Source of the DNA: Caenispirillum bisanense
GTDB taxonomy: Bacteria > Pseudomonadota > Alphaproteobacteria > Rhodospirillales > UBA2165
Reading direction: 5' to 3'
Length of the DNA: 64,000 nucleotides
Assembly: GCA_945877815.1 (NCBI GenBank)
Contig: CAMDWJ010000019.1
Span: forward strand, 8,596 to 72,595
Both the position numbers and the translations under genes were made by a program. Shown in pieces: positions 1 to 10,005 of this stretch. The notes under the pieces were generated by a model that saw only the letters and a list, made by a program, of their open reading frames with translations, searched no databases and was not told where the DNA came from. Position 1 is the stretch's first letter, and each line of letters starts with the position of its first letter.

Positions 1-1372
1 TCGGAATCGGCAGCATGCCCCATTCGGGCATGCCCGGCGCACCGATGGGCCCGGCGCCCTTGAGCACCAGGACAGAATCCTCGGTGACTGGCAGATCCTC
101 ATCGTCGATGCGTTTCGACAGATCGGCATAGTTCTCGAACACGACAGCCGCGCCGCGATGTTTGTGGAACCTCTTGTCAGCGGCCGTCTGTTTGATGACG
201 CAGCCGTTAGGCGAAAGATTCCCCCTGAGGATCGCCGTGCCGCCTTCGGCGTAGAGCGGATTGTCGAGTGGACGGATCACGTCGTCGTTGTAGATCGCGG
301 CCGCTTCGATGGATTGAGCCAGCGTTCCGGTGACCGTGCGCTGAGTCAAATCGAGCAGGCCGCTCATCCGCGACATCAGGCCGCGTAGCCCGCCCGCGTA
401 ATAAAAATCCTCCATCAGATATTTGCCCGACGGCTTAATATTGACCAAGACGGGGGTAGCACGCGAGATCGCATCGAAGCGGTCGAGCGTCAGCGGTATG
501 CCGGCGCGTCCCGCCACCGCGATCAGATGGATCATGGCGTTGGTCGAGCCGCCGAGCGCCATGTCGATCTTGGTCGCGTTGTCGAACGAGGCTTCGGTCA
601 GGATATCGGACGGTTTCAGATCCTCCCACACCATATCGACGATGCGCCGACCCGTCGCGACCGCCATCAGCGCGTGATTGGCATCCGAGGCCGGGATCGA
701 GGAGGCGCCGGGAAGGGTGAGGCCGAGCGTTTCGGCGACCGACATCATGGTCGCGGCCGTTCCCATGACCATGCAGGTGCCGGCCGAACGCGCGGTGCCG
801 CCCATGGCATTTTCCATCGCCTCGGCATCGACCACGCCGGCGCGATAGTTCGCCCAGTAGCGCAATGCGTCGGTGCCACTGCCCAGGGTTTCGCCGGCAT
901 ACCAGCCGCGCAAGCCGGGCCCGGCCGGCATATAAATCGCGGGCACGTTCATCGTGAGTGCGGCCATCAGAAGGGCCGGGGTCGTCTTGTCGCAGCCGCC
1001 CATCAGCACCACGCCGTCGATCGGGTGCGAACGGATCAGCTCCTCGGCTTCCATCGCGAGGAAATTGCGATAGAGCATGGTCGAAGGTTTCACCATGATT
1101 TCGCCCAGCGACATCGCCGGAAGTTCGATGGGAAAACCGCCGGCCTGCCACACACCGCGTTTGATCTGCTCGGCGCGCTCCTTGAAGTGGGAGTGACAGG
1201 TATTCATGTCGCTCCAGGTATTGATGATGCCGATCTTGGGCTTGCCGGCAAAATCCTCGGACGAAAATCCAAGCTGACGGGACCGCCCGCGATGCGCGAA
1301 GGATCGCTGATCGTCGGCGCCATACCAGCGATGGCTGCGCAGTTCGCTCGGCGTCTTACGGTTGCTCGTCAT
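1..1372 (-). CDS. IlvD/Edd-family dehydratase (dihydroxy-acid / sugar-acid dehydratase type); C-terminal part lies beyond the window start
   Basis: Absent from the ORF track because it is open at the window edge. My reverse-strand translation from ATG at 1372-1370 reads MTSNRKTPSELRSHRWYGADDQRSFAHR..GIINTWSDMNTCHSHF..VLMGGCDKTTPALLMAA..GTCMVMGTAATM..ALGGSTNAMIHLIA, which are hallmark blocks of this family. About 457 codons are inside the window. Confidence 0.85.
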   Translation of the reverse strand, partial: MTSNRKTPSELRSHRWYGADDQRSFAHRGRSRQLGFSSEDFAGKPKIGIINTWSDMNTCHSHFKERAEQIKRGVWQAGGFPIELPAMSLGEIMVKPSTMLYRNFLAMEAEELIRSHPIDGVVLMGGCDKTTPALLMAALTMNVPAIYMPAGPGLRGWYAGETLGSGTDALRYWANYRAGVVDAEAMENAMGGTARSAGTCMVMGTAATMMSVAETLGLTLPGASSIPASDANHALMAVATGRRIVDMVWEDLKPSDILTEASFDNATKIDMALGGSTNAMIHLIAVAGRAGIPLTLDRFDAISRATPVLVNIKPSGKYLMEDFYYAGGLRGLMSRMSGLLDLTQRTVTGTLAQSIEAAAIYNDDVIRPLDNPLYAEGGTAILRGNLSPNGCVIKQTAADKRFHKHRGAAVVFENYADLSKRIDDEDLPVTEDSVLVLKGAGPIGAPGMPEWGMLPIP

Positions 1373-1374
1373 GA

Positions 1375-2256
1375 CTAAAGCGGCTCCTGCGCGTAGAGCC
1401 ACATCAAACCGGTCTGGCCTTTGCCGCCGTCGCCTTGGGCCTGCAGCTTGCGGTAAAGACCCGCGACGAGGCTCGTCACCGGCATAGCCGCATCGACCTT
1501 CTTGCCCATCTCCTCGGCGATGCCGATATCCTTGAGCATCAAGACCTGAGTGCCCTGATTAGGGTATGTCGCCGCGATCATGCGGCGCGCGTGATCCTGC
1601 AGAACCGCCGAATCCGCCCAGCCGCCCTTGAGCGCGTCGGGAAGATTTTTGCAGGTCAGGCCGTATTTGGATGCGAAGCCGAGCGCCTCGGCGATCACCG
1701 CCACCTCGGCGGCGATCAGCATCTGGTTCACGACCTTGGTCGCCTGACCCGAGCCGACGGGGCCCATCGGCGTGATGCGTTGCGCCGTTGTCAAAATCGC
1801 CGGGCGATACCGATCGATATCGGCATCGCTGCCGCCGGCCATCGCCACCAGCGTTCCGGCCTTGGCCCCGGTGTCGCCGCCCGACACAGGGGCATCGATC
1901 CAGTTCATGCCCACTTGCTCGGCGAGCCGTGCTGCAAATTCGCGCGCGGCTTCGGGATGGATCGTCGAATGATCGACCAGCAGCTTACCCTTGGCGCCGC
2001 CGGCCGCTACGCCATTGGGTCCGAAAACCACTTCTTCGACGGCTTTGCCGTCCCATACGCACAAACAAACGATGTCCGATGCTTCGGCCAAGGCTTTCGG
2101 CGATTCGGCCCATTTCGCGCCGGCATCGAGGGCGGGCGACAGCTTTTCCTTGTTCCGGCCCCAAACCGTCAGCTCGTAACCGCCTTTCATCATGTTCAGG
2201 ACCATTGGCATTCCCATGGTGCCGAGCCCGATAAATCCCAGTCTTTCCTTGGCCAT
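1375..2256 (-). CDS. NAD(P)-dependent oxidoreductase, 3-hydroxyisobutyrate dehydrogenase / 2-hydroxy-3-oxopropionate reductase family
   Basis: ORF 1375..2286. Rossmann N-terminus MAKERLGFIGLGTMGMPM plus the typical HIBADH body. I prefer the start at 2256 because GGAGG lies about 5 nt upstream. The stop is 2 nt from the downstream dehydratase start, so they likely form an operon. Confidence 0.85.
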   Translation of the reverse strand: MAKERLGFIGLGTMGMPMVLNMMKGGYELTVWGRNKEKLSPALDAGAKWAESPKALAEASDIVCLCVWDGKAVEEVVFGPNGVAAGGAKGKLLVDHSTIHPEAAREFAARLAEQVGMNWIDAPVSGGDTGAKAGTLVAMAGGSDADIDRYRPAILTTAQRITPMGPVGSGQATKVVNQMLIAAEVAVIAEALGFASKYGLTCKNLPDALKGGWADSAVLQDHARRMIAATYPNQGTQVLMLKDIGIAEEMGKKVDAAMPVTSLVAGLYRKLQAQGDGGKGQTGLMWLYAQEPL

Positions 2257-2370
2257 TTCGCCTCCCGAACACGGTTCTTGGGTCATTCTTGCCGCATCCG
2301 AACTGGCTTCACAACCGCCGCGCGGATGGGCGCAATTGCCGCACTAGCCGACGGGGAGTATCACCGCCCA

Positions 2371-3171
2371 ATGTTCTTCATCCTGTCCAAAGTCCTCTGG
2401 TTCCTTACGGATCCGGGCAATCTCGTGCTAATCTTACTGACGATCGGTACGGTTCTGTTGTGGACGCCGTGGCGGCGCGGCGGACGAAGATTGGTCCTAC
2501 TGTCGACCCTCGCTTTCATCTTGCTGGCAGTCTTCCCCGTCGGCGCGATCATGCTGCAGACGCTCGAAAACCGAATCCCCGCGCCGACGCAACTGCCCGA
2601 GCGCGTCGGCGGCGTCATCGTGCTGGGAGGTATGGTCGATCAGTTTGTTTCGCGCGCGCGCGGCCAGGCGAGCATGGGGGGCGCCGTTGAGCGCCTGACC
2701 GAATTCGCAGCCCTGGCCCGGCGTTACCCTGATGCAAAATTGATCTTCACTGGTGGGTCCGGAAATCTGCTCAATCAGCAGGACAAGGAAGCCGATTATG
2801 TGGAGCCGTTTCTCCATTCGCTCGGAATGGATACCGCAAACGTGGTGTTCGAAAGCGAATCGCGCAATACCTATGAAAATGCCGTTTTATCGAAACGGCT
2901 GGTTTCGATCGCGCCCGACGAGCCGTGGATTTTGGTGACATCCGCATTTCATATGCCGCGAGCGCTCGGCGTTTTTCGCCAGGCCGGATGGCCCGTCATT
3001 CCTTATCCCGTCGACTACGGCACGACCGGCACGATGGAACTCGAACCGACTTTCAATCTGCTAGGCGGGGTGGGAAATGGGTCGGTCGCGCTGCATGAAT
3101 GGTTGGGGTTAACTTTTTATTACCTAACCGGCCGTACAAATACATTGTATCCAGCGATCGATTCTAATTAG
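2371..3171 (+). CDS. YdcF/ElyC-like DUF218 membrane-anchored protein
   Basis: This is the C-terminal 266 codons of ORF 1435..3171. It starts MFFILSKVLWFLTDPGNL (TM helices), followed by the DUF218-type body VIVLGG..IFTGGSG..ESESRNTYENA. The upstream part of the long ORF is antisense to the oxidoreductase gene. Confidence 0.75.
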   Translation: MFFILSKVLWFLTDPGNLVLILLTIGTVLLWTPWRRGGRRLVLLSTLAFILLAVFPVGAIMLQTLENRIPAPTQLPERVGGVIVLGGMVDQFVSRARGQASMGGAVERLTEFAALARRYPDAKLIFTGGSGNLLNQQDKEADYVEPFLHSLGMDTANVVFESESRNTYENAVLSKRLVSIAPDEPWILVTSAFHMPRALGVFRQAGWPVIPYPVDYGTTGTMELEPTFNLLGGVGNGSVALHEWLGLTFYYLTGRTNTLYPAIDSN

Positions 3172-3197
3172 CGATTCAGCTGGCGGAGATTTGAACA

Positions 3198-4199
3198 GTG
3201 GATTTTATGAGCAAGCGCCGTTATCTGCACGCGCGAGGGATATTACTCGCCGCCCTGCTTGCCGTCTCCGTTCCCAGCATTGGTAATGCCGCCGATCAGG
3301 ACTTTGCCAGCTGGCTCCAGGGCCTGCGGGCCGACGCGCTCGGCAAAGGCATCCGTCCCGAAACGCTCGACCGCGCGCTCAAGGGGCTCGCGCCGATTCC
3401 GCGTGTTGTCGAACTCGACCGCAAGCAGCCGGAATTCTCGTTGACCTTCGAGCAATATCTGGCGCGCGTTGTGCCCCAAGTACGCGTCGATCAGGGCAAG
3501 GCTCGCCTCAAGGAACACCACGAGCTTCTCGCCGAGATCAGCAAGAAGTATGGCGTCCAGCCGCGCTTTATTGTCGCCTTCTGGGGAATCGAATCGGATT
3601 TCGGACGGTTGGACGGCGGCTTTTCGGTCATCCAATCCTTAGCGACGCTCGCATATGACGGACGCCGGTCGACATTTTTTCGCGGCGAATTGATCCGTGC
3701 GCTGCGAATTGTCGATCAGGGGCATATAGCGCCTGAAACCATGCGCGGCTCGTGGGCCGGAGCGATGGGCCATTTCCAGTTCATGCCGTCCACCTTCGAA
3801 TCTTATGCCGTCGATTATGACGGCGACGGCAAACGCGACATTTGGGCCAACAAGCGCGACGCTTTTGCTTCGGCCGCCAATTACCTGTCGAAGTCCGGAT
3901 GGAAGGGCGATCAGACCTGGGGGCGGGCGGCGAAGGTACCGGCCGGGTTCAATATGTCCCTCGTCGGGCTGGACACGAAAAAGAGCTTGGAAGAATGGCA
4001 GAAGCTTGGCGTGACCCGGACCGACGGCGGACCATTACCCATCCGCGCGGACGTATCGGCTTCGCTCGTTCTGGCCGAGGGCACCAAAGGCCCGGCCTTT
4101 CTCATTTACGACAATTACCGCGTCACCTTGAAGTGGAACCGCTCGACATTTTTCGCGGTCGCCGTCGGGACACTCGCGGAACGCATCGGGGATAGCTGA
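3198..4199 (+). CDS. Lytic murein transglycosylase (MltB-like)
   Basis: Signal peptide, then FWGIESDFG..GAMGHFQFMPSTF..DYDGDGKRDIW, characteristic of the MltB/family-3 lytic transglycosylases. The exact start (3198 or ATG 3207) is uncertain. Confidence 0.85.
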   Translation: MDFMSKRRYLHARGILLAALLAVSVPSIGNAADQDFASWLQGLRADALGKGIRPETLDRALKGLAPIPRVVELDRKQPEFSLTFEQYLARVVPQVRVDQGKARLKEHHELLAEISKKYGVQPRFIVAFWGIESDFGRLDGGFSVIQSLATLAYDGRRSTFFRGELIRALRIVDQGHIAPETMRGSWAGAMGHFQFMPSTFESYAVDYDGDGKRDIWANKRDAFASAANYLSKSGWKGDQTWGRAAKVPAGFNMSLVGLDTKKSLEEWQKLGVTRTDGGPLPIRADVSASLVLAEGTKGPAFLIYDNYRVTLKWNRSTFFAVAVGTLAERIGDS

Positions 4200-4223
4200 C
4201 AACTCCTATCAAAGCACGCGAAT

Positions 4224-5237
4224 ATGACCGACGACTATATTGAATTTACACAGAATAATTCGCGGCCGAAGCTGACCAAATTGTCGCGACTGGCGATCTG
4301 CGCGGCGGCGCTCGTGGCGCTCGGCGCGTGTTCCGAATCGAAGCTTCTGTTGCATACGGCGAAAACGCTGCAAGGGCCGGGGTCCAATACTTCGCCCGGT
4401 ATCTACAAAGTCGGCAATCCCTATCAAATCAACGGCGTTTGGTATTATCCGTCCGAGGATTGGAGCTACGACGAATCCGGCATCGCATCTTGGTATGGTC
4501 CGGGTTTTCATGAAAAGAATACCGCGAACGGCGAAATCTTCGACCAAAACGACCTGACCGCCGCGCATCGCACCTTGCCGATGCCAAGTGTTGTCGAAGT
4601 GACGAACCTCGAAAATGGGCGATCCCTGCGTCTGCGCGTCAACGACCGAGGTCCTTTCGCTCACGGGCGCATCCTCGACGTCTCGCGGCGCGGCTCGCAG
4701 CTTTTGGGCTTCAACAACCAAGGCACGGCGCGGGTCCGGGTTCGTATCCTGGTGGACGAAACCCAGCAGGCTATCGCCGCCATGCGAAACGGAACGCAGG
4801 TTGCGCGTGCCGACACCCCAATCCGCAGCGATCTCGATGTGTCGCGCCCCGGCGTCGGCGCCCAGACCTTGGCGCCGCCGCCGGGTGCCAAGGCCGCGCC
4901 GGTGACGACCACCGCGCAACCCGAAATCAAGAAAGCATCGGCGCCCGAGCGGTCTTTCACCCCGCCGGCGGCTCTCGACGGCTCGGTTACCCAAGTCGCT
5001 GTCAGGCCGACCAATATCTATGTCCAGGTTGGGGCCTTCTCTCAGCATCAGAACGCCTATCAGGTTCAAGCTCGGCTCGCGAAGGTGCCCAACATCGCCA
5101 TCACATCGGCCCGGATCAACGGAAAAGAAGTGTTCCGCGTCCGCTCCGGCCCGCTGCAGTCGGTCGAGCAGGCCGATACCGTACTCAACCAAATCATCAA
5201 ATCCGGCTATGGCGACGCGAGGGTGGTTGTCGATTGA
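4224..5237 (+). CDS. rlpA: Septal ring lytic transglycosylase RlpA family protein (DPBB domain plus C-terminal SPOR domain)
   Basis: Lipobox-like LVALGAC. DPBB block ASWYGPGFHEKNTANGEIFDQNDLTAAHRTLPMPSVVEVTNLENGRSLRLRVNDRGP. C-terminal SPOR-like YVQVGAFSQHQNA... Confidence 0.85.
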   Translation: MTDDYIEFTQNNSRPKLTKLSRLAICAAALVALGACSESKLLLHTAKTLQGPGSNTSPGIYKVGNPYQINGVWYYPSEDWSYDESGIASWYGPGFHEKNTANGEIFDQNDLTAAHRTLPMPSVVEVTNLENGRSLRLRVNDRGPFAHGRILDVSRRGSQLLGFNNQGTARVRVRILVDETQQAIAAMRNGTQVARADTPIRSDLDVSRPGVGAQTLAPPPGAKAAPVTTTAQPEIKKASAPERSFTPPAALDGSVTQVAVRPTNIYVQVGAFSQHQNAYQVQARLAKVPNIAITSARINGKEVFRVRSGPLQSVEQADTVLNQIIKSGYGDARVVVD

Positions 5238-5389
5238 GGCGGTCGGAATAGAGGTCGCCCTAAAAGAGCCAAAATTAGACTCGATCAGGGGCACTTGGTA
5301 AAATGCCGGACGCTCGGACATCGGCACGATATGCCGCTCTTGGCCGGTTCGGCGTTCAACTTCGTTTTCGCAATTTTTTGAGGACTTCG

Positions 5390-6538
5390 ATGCAACAGCG
5401 ACCGACGATCCGCACCTTGTTCTTGATTGGAGTTGCGCTGTTCATCGACGCGCCCGCAGCGCATGCGGCATCCATCGAAACACCGGCGAAACAGGCCATA
5501 TTGCTCGACTATGCCACCGGCAATGTCCTGTTCGAAAAGAACTCCGACGTCCGCATGACGCCGTCGTCGATGAGCAAAATGGCGACCGTCTACAGGATAT
5601 TCGAACGTCTCAAGGAGGGCCGTCTTTCTCTCGAAGACACATTTCCGGTCAGCGAGCGCGCCTGGCGCAAGCAGGGCTCCAAGATGTTCGTGACACTGAA
5701 TTCGCGGGTGAAGACCGAAGACCTATTGCGCGGCATCGTCGTGCAGTCCGGCAACGATGCCTGCATCGTCATCGCCGAAGGACTATCCGGTAACGAGGAT
5801 GCCTTCGCGCGCGAATTAACGGAACTCGCCAAGAAGCTCGGCATGACGAATACCAATCTCATGAATTCCAGCGGCTGGCCCGATCCGAACCATTATTCGA
5901 CGGCACGCGATCTGGCGACGCTGGCCACAGCAACGATTCGCAACTTTCCCGAATATTATCCGTACTACGCGGAAAAGAATTTCGTCTACAACGGGATCAA
6001 ACAGGGCAATCGCGACCCGCTGCTTTACAAGGATGTCGGCGCCGACGGGCTCAAGACCGGCCATACCGAAGAGGCCGGTTACGGCCTGACCGCCAGCGCG
6101 GTTCGCAATGGAAGGCGACTGGTCCTGGTCGTCAACGGATTGTCCTCCATGAATGAGCGCGCGCGCGAAAGCGAGCGGTTGATCGACTGGGGATTCCGCG
6201 AATTCAACAACTACACGCTGTTCACAGCGGGTGCCACGGTGAACGAGGCGCCGGTCTGGCTCGGCGAGCAAGCCCGCGTACCGCTGATCGTCAAAGGCGA
6301 TCTGACGCTGACGCTGCCCGTCAAATCGCGCAAGGACATGGTGGTCAAGGCGGTCTACGATTCGCCGATCCAGGCACCGGTGTTGGAAGGAACGCGCATC
6401 GCCACCTTGCGAATCGAAGCGCCCGAGCGCCCGGTACTAGAGGTGCCGCTGTATGCGGCCCGCAGCGTCGAGAAACTCGGCATGATGTCGCGCCTGAGCG
6501 CGGCGCTCCGCCATATCATGTGGGGCGAGAACGGTTGA
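5390..6538 (+). CDS. D-alanyl-D-alanine carboxypeptidase (serine peptidase S11, PBP5/6 type)
   Basis: ORF 5303..6538. I chose the start at ATG 5390 because GAGGA lies upstream and a signal peptide MQQRPTIRTLFLIGVALFIDAPAAHAA follows. Active-site motifs SMSK, SGN and KTG are all present. Confidence 0.88.
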   Translation: MQQRPTIRTLFLIGVALFIDAPAAHAASIETPAKQAILLDYATGNVLFEKNSDVRMTPSSMSKMATVYRIFERLKEGRLSLEDTFPVSERAWRKQGSKMFVTLNSRVKTEDLLRGIVVQSGNDACIVIAEGLSGNEDAFARELTELAKKLGMTNTNLMNSSGWPDPNHYSTARDLATLATATIRNFPEYYPYYAEKNFVYNGIKQGNRDPLLYKDVGADGLKTGHTEEAGYGLTASAVRNGRRLVLVVNGLSSMNERARESERLIDWGFREFNNYTLFTAGATVNEAPVWLGEQARVPLIVKGDLTLTLPVKSRKDMVVKAVYDSPIQAPVLEGTRIATLRIEAPERPVLEVPLYAARSVEKLGMMSRLSAALRHIMWGENG

Positions 6539-7188
6539 CGCTTCCGTCCACTCGACGCGGCCAATTCATCACCTTCGAAGGCGGCGAGGGCACAGGCAAG
6601 TCGACCCAGGCCCGTCTCTTGACGGATTTTGTTCGCGGCCAGGGCAAAAACGTCGTCACCACCCGCGAACCCGGTGGCTCGCCGGGCGCCGAAACCATCC
6701 GCAAGCTTCTGGTGGAAGGTGAACCCGGACGCTGGGATGGCATTACCGAGACGTTGTTGCTGTGCGCGGCGCGGCACGACCATGTCGAGCGGCTGATCCG
6801 CCCCGCACTCGAACGCGGCGATTGGGTCATTTGCGATCGGTTCATCGATTCGACCATCGCCTATCAGGGCCATGGCGCCGGGGTCGATATCGATCTGATC
6901 AATCGGCTGAGCGCGGCGGCCGCCGGCGACGTCGTCCCGGACCTGACCATCATTCTCGATCTACCCGTCGAAGCCGGGCTCGCGAGGGCGACGCAGCGCG
7001 CCGGCGGAGAAGACCGTTTCGAACGCAAGGGAATCGATTTTCACCGCCGGATTCGCGACGGATTCCTTGCCATCGCGGAAGCCGCTCCCGAGCGCTGCGA
7101 GATCGTCTCTGCGGCCGAACCGATCGACAGAATTGCGGGACGAGTTTCAGCGATCCTTGCCGAGCGTTTGGGGATCCCGGCAGCATGA
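6520..7188 (+). CDS. tmk: Thymidylate kinase
   Basis: FITFEGGEGTGKSTQ P-loop and the Tmk body. The start is either GTG 6520 or TTG 6535, which overlaps the upstream TGA. Confidence 0.9.
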   Translation: MGRERLTLPSTRRGQFITFEGGEGTGKSTQARLLTDFVRGQGKNVVTTREPGGSPGAETIRKLLVEGEPGRWDGITETLLLCAARHDHVERLIRPALERGDWVICDRFIDSTIAYQGHGAGVDIDLINRLSAAAAGDVVPDLTIILDLPVEAGLARATQRAGGEDRFERKGIDFHRRIRDGFLAIAEAAPERCEIVSAAEPIDRIAGRVSAILAERLGIPAA

Positions 7189-8288
7189 GCGAGCCGGACG
7201 AGATCGATCCCTTCGCGCCACGGCATCAAACCGCCTTTGTCGGTCAGGACGCTGCCGAGCAGGAGTTTTTGTCCGCCTTCAATGCCGGGCGGATGCCCCA
7301 TGCCTGGCTGATCGCCGGGCCACGCGGGGTCGGCAAGGCAACCTTGGCGTTTCGCATCGCTCGCTTCGTGCTCGCGCAAGGCGACGCCGCTGCAAAGGAC
7401 GAAGGCCCAAGCCTGTTCCGCGACCCGTTACCCAAAACCGTTCCGACGAATTTGAAGATCGGCCCCGAGCATCCGGTCTTTCGCCGCGTGGCGTCGGGCG
7501 GACATTCGGATCTGCGCGTGTTCGAGCGCACCGTCAACGCCAAGACCGGGCGTATGCATCGCGACATCGCGGTCGAGGAAATCCGTGAAGTCCGCTCGTT
7601 CCTGTCGCTCACTCCGGCCGAGGGAGCCTGGCGCGTCGTCATCGTCGATAGCGCCGACGACATGAATCCAAGTTCCGCCAACGCACTGCTCAAAATTCTC
7701 GAGGAACCGCCGAACCGCGCTTTGTTGCTGCTTGTCAGCCATGAGCCGGGCCGCCTGTTGCCAACAATCCGCTCGCGCTGCCGCCGCTTGTGGCTCGGTC
7801 CGCTCGACGAAGCCGCCATGAGCGCCTTGCTGGCGACCCGGGCATCCGACCTGTCCGCCGACGATCTGGCTCTCCTGACCCAGCTTTCGGAGGGCAGCAT
7901 CGGCCGCGCGCTTAAACTTGCGGAGGAGGGGGGGATCGAGTTGTTTCGCGAAGTACGCGACCTGATGGGGTCCCTGCCGCGGATTGATCTCATCGAACTG
8001 CATCGCTTGGGTGAAAAGGTCGCCCGCGATACCTCTGGCGACACCATGCGGGCGCTGGGCGAAATGATCGACTGGCTGCTGGTCCGCTTCGCGCGCGTTT
8101 CGGCCCATGTCGACAACGGGCCGGTCGTCGCAGGCCTGCCGGCGCAAATGGCCGGCAGCCTTGATCGCTGGATCGCGGTGTGGGAAAAGACGCGGCGCTT
8201 GTTCGGCGAGGCCGAGGGCCTCAATCTGGACCGCAAGCAAGTTGTCCTGGAGACGTTTCTGGCCATCGAGGAAGCGGCGCGGTCGTAA
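7185..8288 (+). CDS. holB: DNA polymerase III delta-prime subunit
   Basis: In-frame ATG at 7185 within ORF 6762..8288, overlapping the tmk stop. HAWLIAGPRGVGKATLAFRIARFVL, SANALLKILEEPP and PTIRSRC motifs. Confidence 0.88.
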   Translation: MSEPDEIDPFAPRHQTAFVGQDAAEQEFLSAFNAGRMPHAWLIAGPRGVGKATLAFRIARFVLAQGDAAAKDEGPSLFRDPLPKTVPTNLKIGPEHPVFRRVASGGHSDLRVFERTVNAKTGRMHRDIAVEEIREVRSFLSLTPAEGAWRVVIVDSADDMNPSSANALLKILEEPPNRALLLLVSHEPGRLLPTIRSRCRRLWLGPLDEAAMSALLATRASDLSADDLALLTQLSEGSIGRALKLAEEGGIELFREVRDLMGSLPRIDLIELHRLGEKVARDTSGDTMRALGEMIDWLLVRFARVSAHVDNGPVVAGLPAQMAGSLDRWIAVWEKTRRLFGEAEGLNLDRKQVVLETFLAIEEAARS

Positions 8289-8343
8289 CGGCGACCGAGA
8301 CCGTTAACCGTGGCACGTTTCCGCCGAGTTTGGAGCATCAATC

Positions 8344-9894
8344 GTGGTCACACGTACTCCCTATTTCATTACCACGGCGATCGACTACGTGAACGGCAAG
8401 CCGCATCTCGGTCATGCCTATGAGAAGATCTCGAGCGACGTGCTAGCTCGCTTCAAACGCCTCGACGGATATGACGTCTTTTTCCTGACGGGGACCGACG
8501 AGCATGGCCAGAAGGTCGCGAAATCGGCCGCCGCGGTCGGCAAGAAACCCCAGGAATTCACCGACGAGAATTCAGCCTATTTCAAGGAGATGGACGGGTA
8601 TCTGAATGTCTCTTACGACCAGTTCATCCGCACCACTGAGCCACGCCATTACAAGGCATCGCAAGCGATCTGGAAACGTATCGCCGATGCAGGCGACATC
8701 TATCTCGGCGGCTATGCCGGCTGGTATTCCGTGCGCGACGAAGCCTATTTCGCCGAAGATGAGCTAACCGGTGGACCGGACGGCAAGAAATTCGCACCCT
8801 CGGGCGCCGAGGTCGAATGGGTCGAAGAGCCGAGCTATTTCTTCAAGCTCTCGGAATATACCGACAAGCTGCTCGAATATTACGACCAGCATCCCGATTT
8901 CATCCAACCGGCCTTTCGACGCAACGAGGTCGTTAGCTTCGTTAAGCAAGGCTTGCGCGATCTATCGGTCTCGCGCACGACCTTCGATTGGGGCGTGCCG
9001 GTCCCCGACGCGCCCGGGCACGTAATGTATGTCTGGCTCGATGCGCTCACGAATTACATCACCGCGCTCGGCTTTCCCGACGACGAGGCCGCGATGGCCA
9101 AATTCTGGCCCGCCGACGTCCATATCATCGGCAAGGACATCGTGCGCTTCCACGCGGTCTATTGGCCGGCCTTCCTGATGAGCGCCAAGCTGCCGATCCC
9201 GAAAAAAATATTCGGACACGGCTTCATCAACGTCGAAGGCGCCAAGATGTCGAAATCGCTCGGGAACGTCTTGTCCCCCGAGGCAATGGTTCAGGAATTC
9301 GGCGTCGATCAGCTGCGCTATTTCCTGATGCGCGAAGTGCCCTATGGACAGGATGGCTCATTCTCGCGCGAGCAGATCATCAATCGCATCAACAGCGAGC
9401 TGGCCAACGATTACGGCAATCTAGCGCAGCGCGTGCTGAGCTTCATCAACAAGAATGCCGATGCAAAGGTGCCGACGCCCGGCACGCTCACGGAAGACGA
9501 CGAAGCGCTCCGCAAAACGCTCCAAGAACTCCCCGATGCGGTCCGGGCGGCCTTCGACACTTTGGCCTACAGCCAGGCGTTGGAAACGATCTGGGCGGTC
9601 ATCCGCGCCGCCAACGTCTATGTTGACAAGCAGGCGCCGTGGGCTTTGCGCAAGACCGATCCGGCGCGCATGGAAACCGTGCTCTATATGCTGTGCGAAG
9701 CAATCCGAAGGGTTGCGATCCTCACGCAGCCATTCATGCCGACCGCATCGGAGAAGATGCTCGACCAGCTCGGCGTTGCGCCGGACGCGCGCAGTTTCGA
9801 GGCGCTGAAAATCGGCGGCCGTCTGACACCCGGAACCCCCTTGCCGAAGCCGGAAGGGGCATTTCCGCGTTTCGTCGAGAAGGCCGCCGAGTAG
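8344..9894 (+). CDS. metG: Methionine--tRNA ligase (short form)
   Basis: Class I signatures KPHLGHAYE (HIGH-type) and KMSKS, with typical MetRS architecture. Confidence 0.95.
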   Translation: MVTRTPYFITTAIDYVNGKPHLGHAYEKISSDVLARFKRLDGYDVFFLTGTDEHGQKVAKSAAAVGKKPQEFTDENSAYFKEMDGYLNVSYDQFIRTTEPRHYKASQAIWKRIADAGDIYLGGYAGWYSVRDEAYFAEDELTGGPDGKKFAPSGAEVEWVEEPSYFFKLSEYTDKLLEYYDQHPDFIQPAFRRNEVVSFVKQGLRDLSVSRTTFDWGVPVPDAPGHVMYVWLDALTNYITALGFPDDEAAMAKFWPADVHIIGKDIVRFHAVYWPAFLMSAKLPIPKKIFGHGFINVEGAKMSKSLGNVLSPEAMVQEFGVDQLRYFLMREVPYGQDGSFSREQIINRINSELANDYGNLAQRVLSFINKNADAKVPTPGTLTEDDEALRKTLQELPDAVRAAFDTLAYSQALETIWAVIRAANVYVDKQAPWALRKTDPARMETVLYMLCEAIRRVAILTQPFMPTASEKMLDQLGVAPDARSFEALKIGGRLTPGTPLPKPEGAFPRFVEKAAE

Positions 9895-9901
9895 ATAACA
9901 G

Positions 9902-9994
9902 CCTCATGCAGAGCCTGTCGAAGGATGGGCCAACCGCACCGATATGCCCAAGCGTGCTCACACGCGTAAGCGCGTGACCAAGCTCAGCATGAGG
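9902..9994. repeat. Family-A intergenic palindromic repeat (CCTCAT..GAGCCTGTCGAAGGATG / ..GCTCAGCATGAGG arms)
   Basis: Left arm cctcatgcagagcctgtcgaaggatgg (9902-9928). Partial right arm caagctcagcatgagg (9979-9994). The same arms recur at 34818, 38044, 39640 and 45898. Confidence 0.8.
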
Positions 9995-10005
9995 ACACTT
10001 AATTC

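Noticed and set aside
1435-2370. The N-terminal 312 codons of the 578-aa plus-strand ORF 1435..3171.
   Set aside because: This part is antisense to the well-supported HIBADH-type gene and has shadow-ORF composition. Only the C-terminal DUF218 portion from ATG 2371 looks real.
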